From Azolla caroliniana (Eukaryota > Plantae > Polypodiophyta), in the NCBI GenBank assembly GCA_043228905.1, contig JBHGNT010000014.1, forward strand, positions 18,600,001 to 18,664,000: a DNA stretch of 64,000 nucleotides, given 5' to 3'. Under the pieces are notes generated by a model. It was not told the origin of the DNA. It did not search any database and saw only the letters and a program-made list of their open reading frames with translations. The translations under genes were made by a program, and so were the position numbers. Positions 63,181 to 64,000 of the stretch are shown one piece after another; position 1 is the stretch's first letter; each line of letters opens with the position of its first letter.

Positions 63181-64000
63181 TAATATTTTCACATAGTATA
63201 TATGAAAATGAGTAGTGACTCTCGATGTTCACGAACTTTGGTATAATTGAGAGTGCACAGTATGACTACGGGAGAAATTCATTCAAGGATTTCTTTGGTA
63301 AAATACCATGGAAAGCATAGTCAAATATGATCAAAGGGAGGGCATTGTATAAAGTCTAATATACTTAGGACTCTTGAACTTGTTTAGAAAAATATGCGCA
63401 TACTTGCTTCCCCTGTGAGTAAAGGAAGTCAATGATAGGGACTTCTTTGAAACTCAAGCATATATTGAACAACCCTTTCTATGACCATGATCTCAATGGG
63501 AAGCAATCACGTCTCGAGAAGGACAATATATGATGTTTGTTTCTTGACTTGGAGAAACTTTGTAAGAAAAATGTTTTTGGACATTTTCAACTCTTTCTAA
63601 GTAAACTTAAGGATGCTCTTGCCCTGTGCTTCCACCCCATATAAAAGTAGTGATGTCACCAATGTGTCAATAATGCATTTCTTAAGAACCAAAATTTAAT
63701 TTCTCCACCAATGTATGTGTTCTTAGTGGTGACTAAGTTGGTTTCCACATTATGTCCAAAGTTTGATTGTAAGTCATGCATAGATAGACATTAGGTAACG
63801 GATAAAAAGTCTAACAAGAGCATTCATGGTAGACATTAGTGAAGGAATCCTTTGCTCTTCTTGGTTAATAACAAAATAGAAAAACATTCACGAGTAAATG
63901 CTAATAGTAAGGTAGATTTATGGTTAATGTCTTGTAGGCATTGTTTTGAGACGCCGATCGAATCAGAAAATTCTTGACTTTGCAAATTGACATTTAGTTT

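Overview
This is eukaryotic, AT-rich land-plant nuclear DNA. The transposon complement (Tcn1-like gypsy gag, RTE-X-like LINE) suggests a non-seed plant such as a fern; that is an inference. Four intact spliced genes can be reconstructed by hand: SDH5 (+, 4 exons), a Pollen Ole e 1-family gene (-, 2 exons), a ceQORH-type quinone oxidoreductase (-, 5 exons) and PRMT5/SKB1 (-, 23 exons). A second ceQORH copy is a pseudogene and a third is a fragment. The rest is nested transposons: three L1/Tx1-like LINEs, an RTE-X-like LINE plus short 3-prime fragments, a Copia with an internal inversion, a truncated gypsy, a 5.6 kb hAT element and three hAT MITEs. The most unusual signals are three. (1) A gypsy LTR whose primer-binding site is the exact complement of the sequence 29 nt downstream of its own TATA box (Tf1-type self-priming), with that module tandemly quadruplicated and a tRNA-like Pol III cassette at the LTR edge. 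(2) The same LINE-(GA)n-RTE-tail stack directly upstream of two unrelated housekeeping genes. (3) Repeated tandem duplication of splice junctions in four genes. All coordinates were counted by hand and may be off by a few bases.
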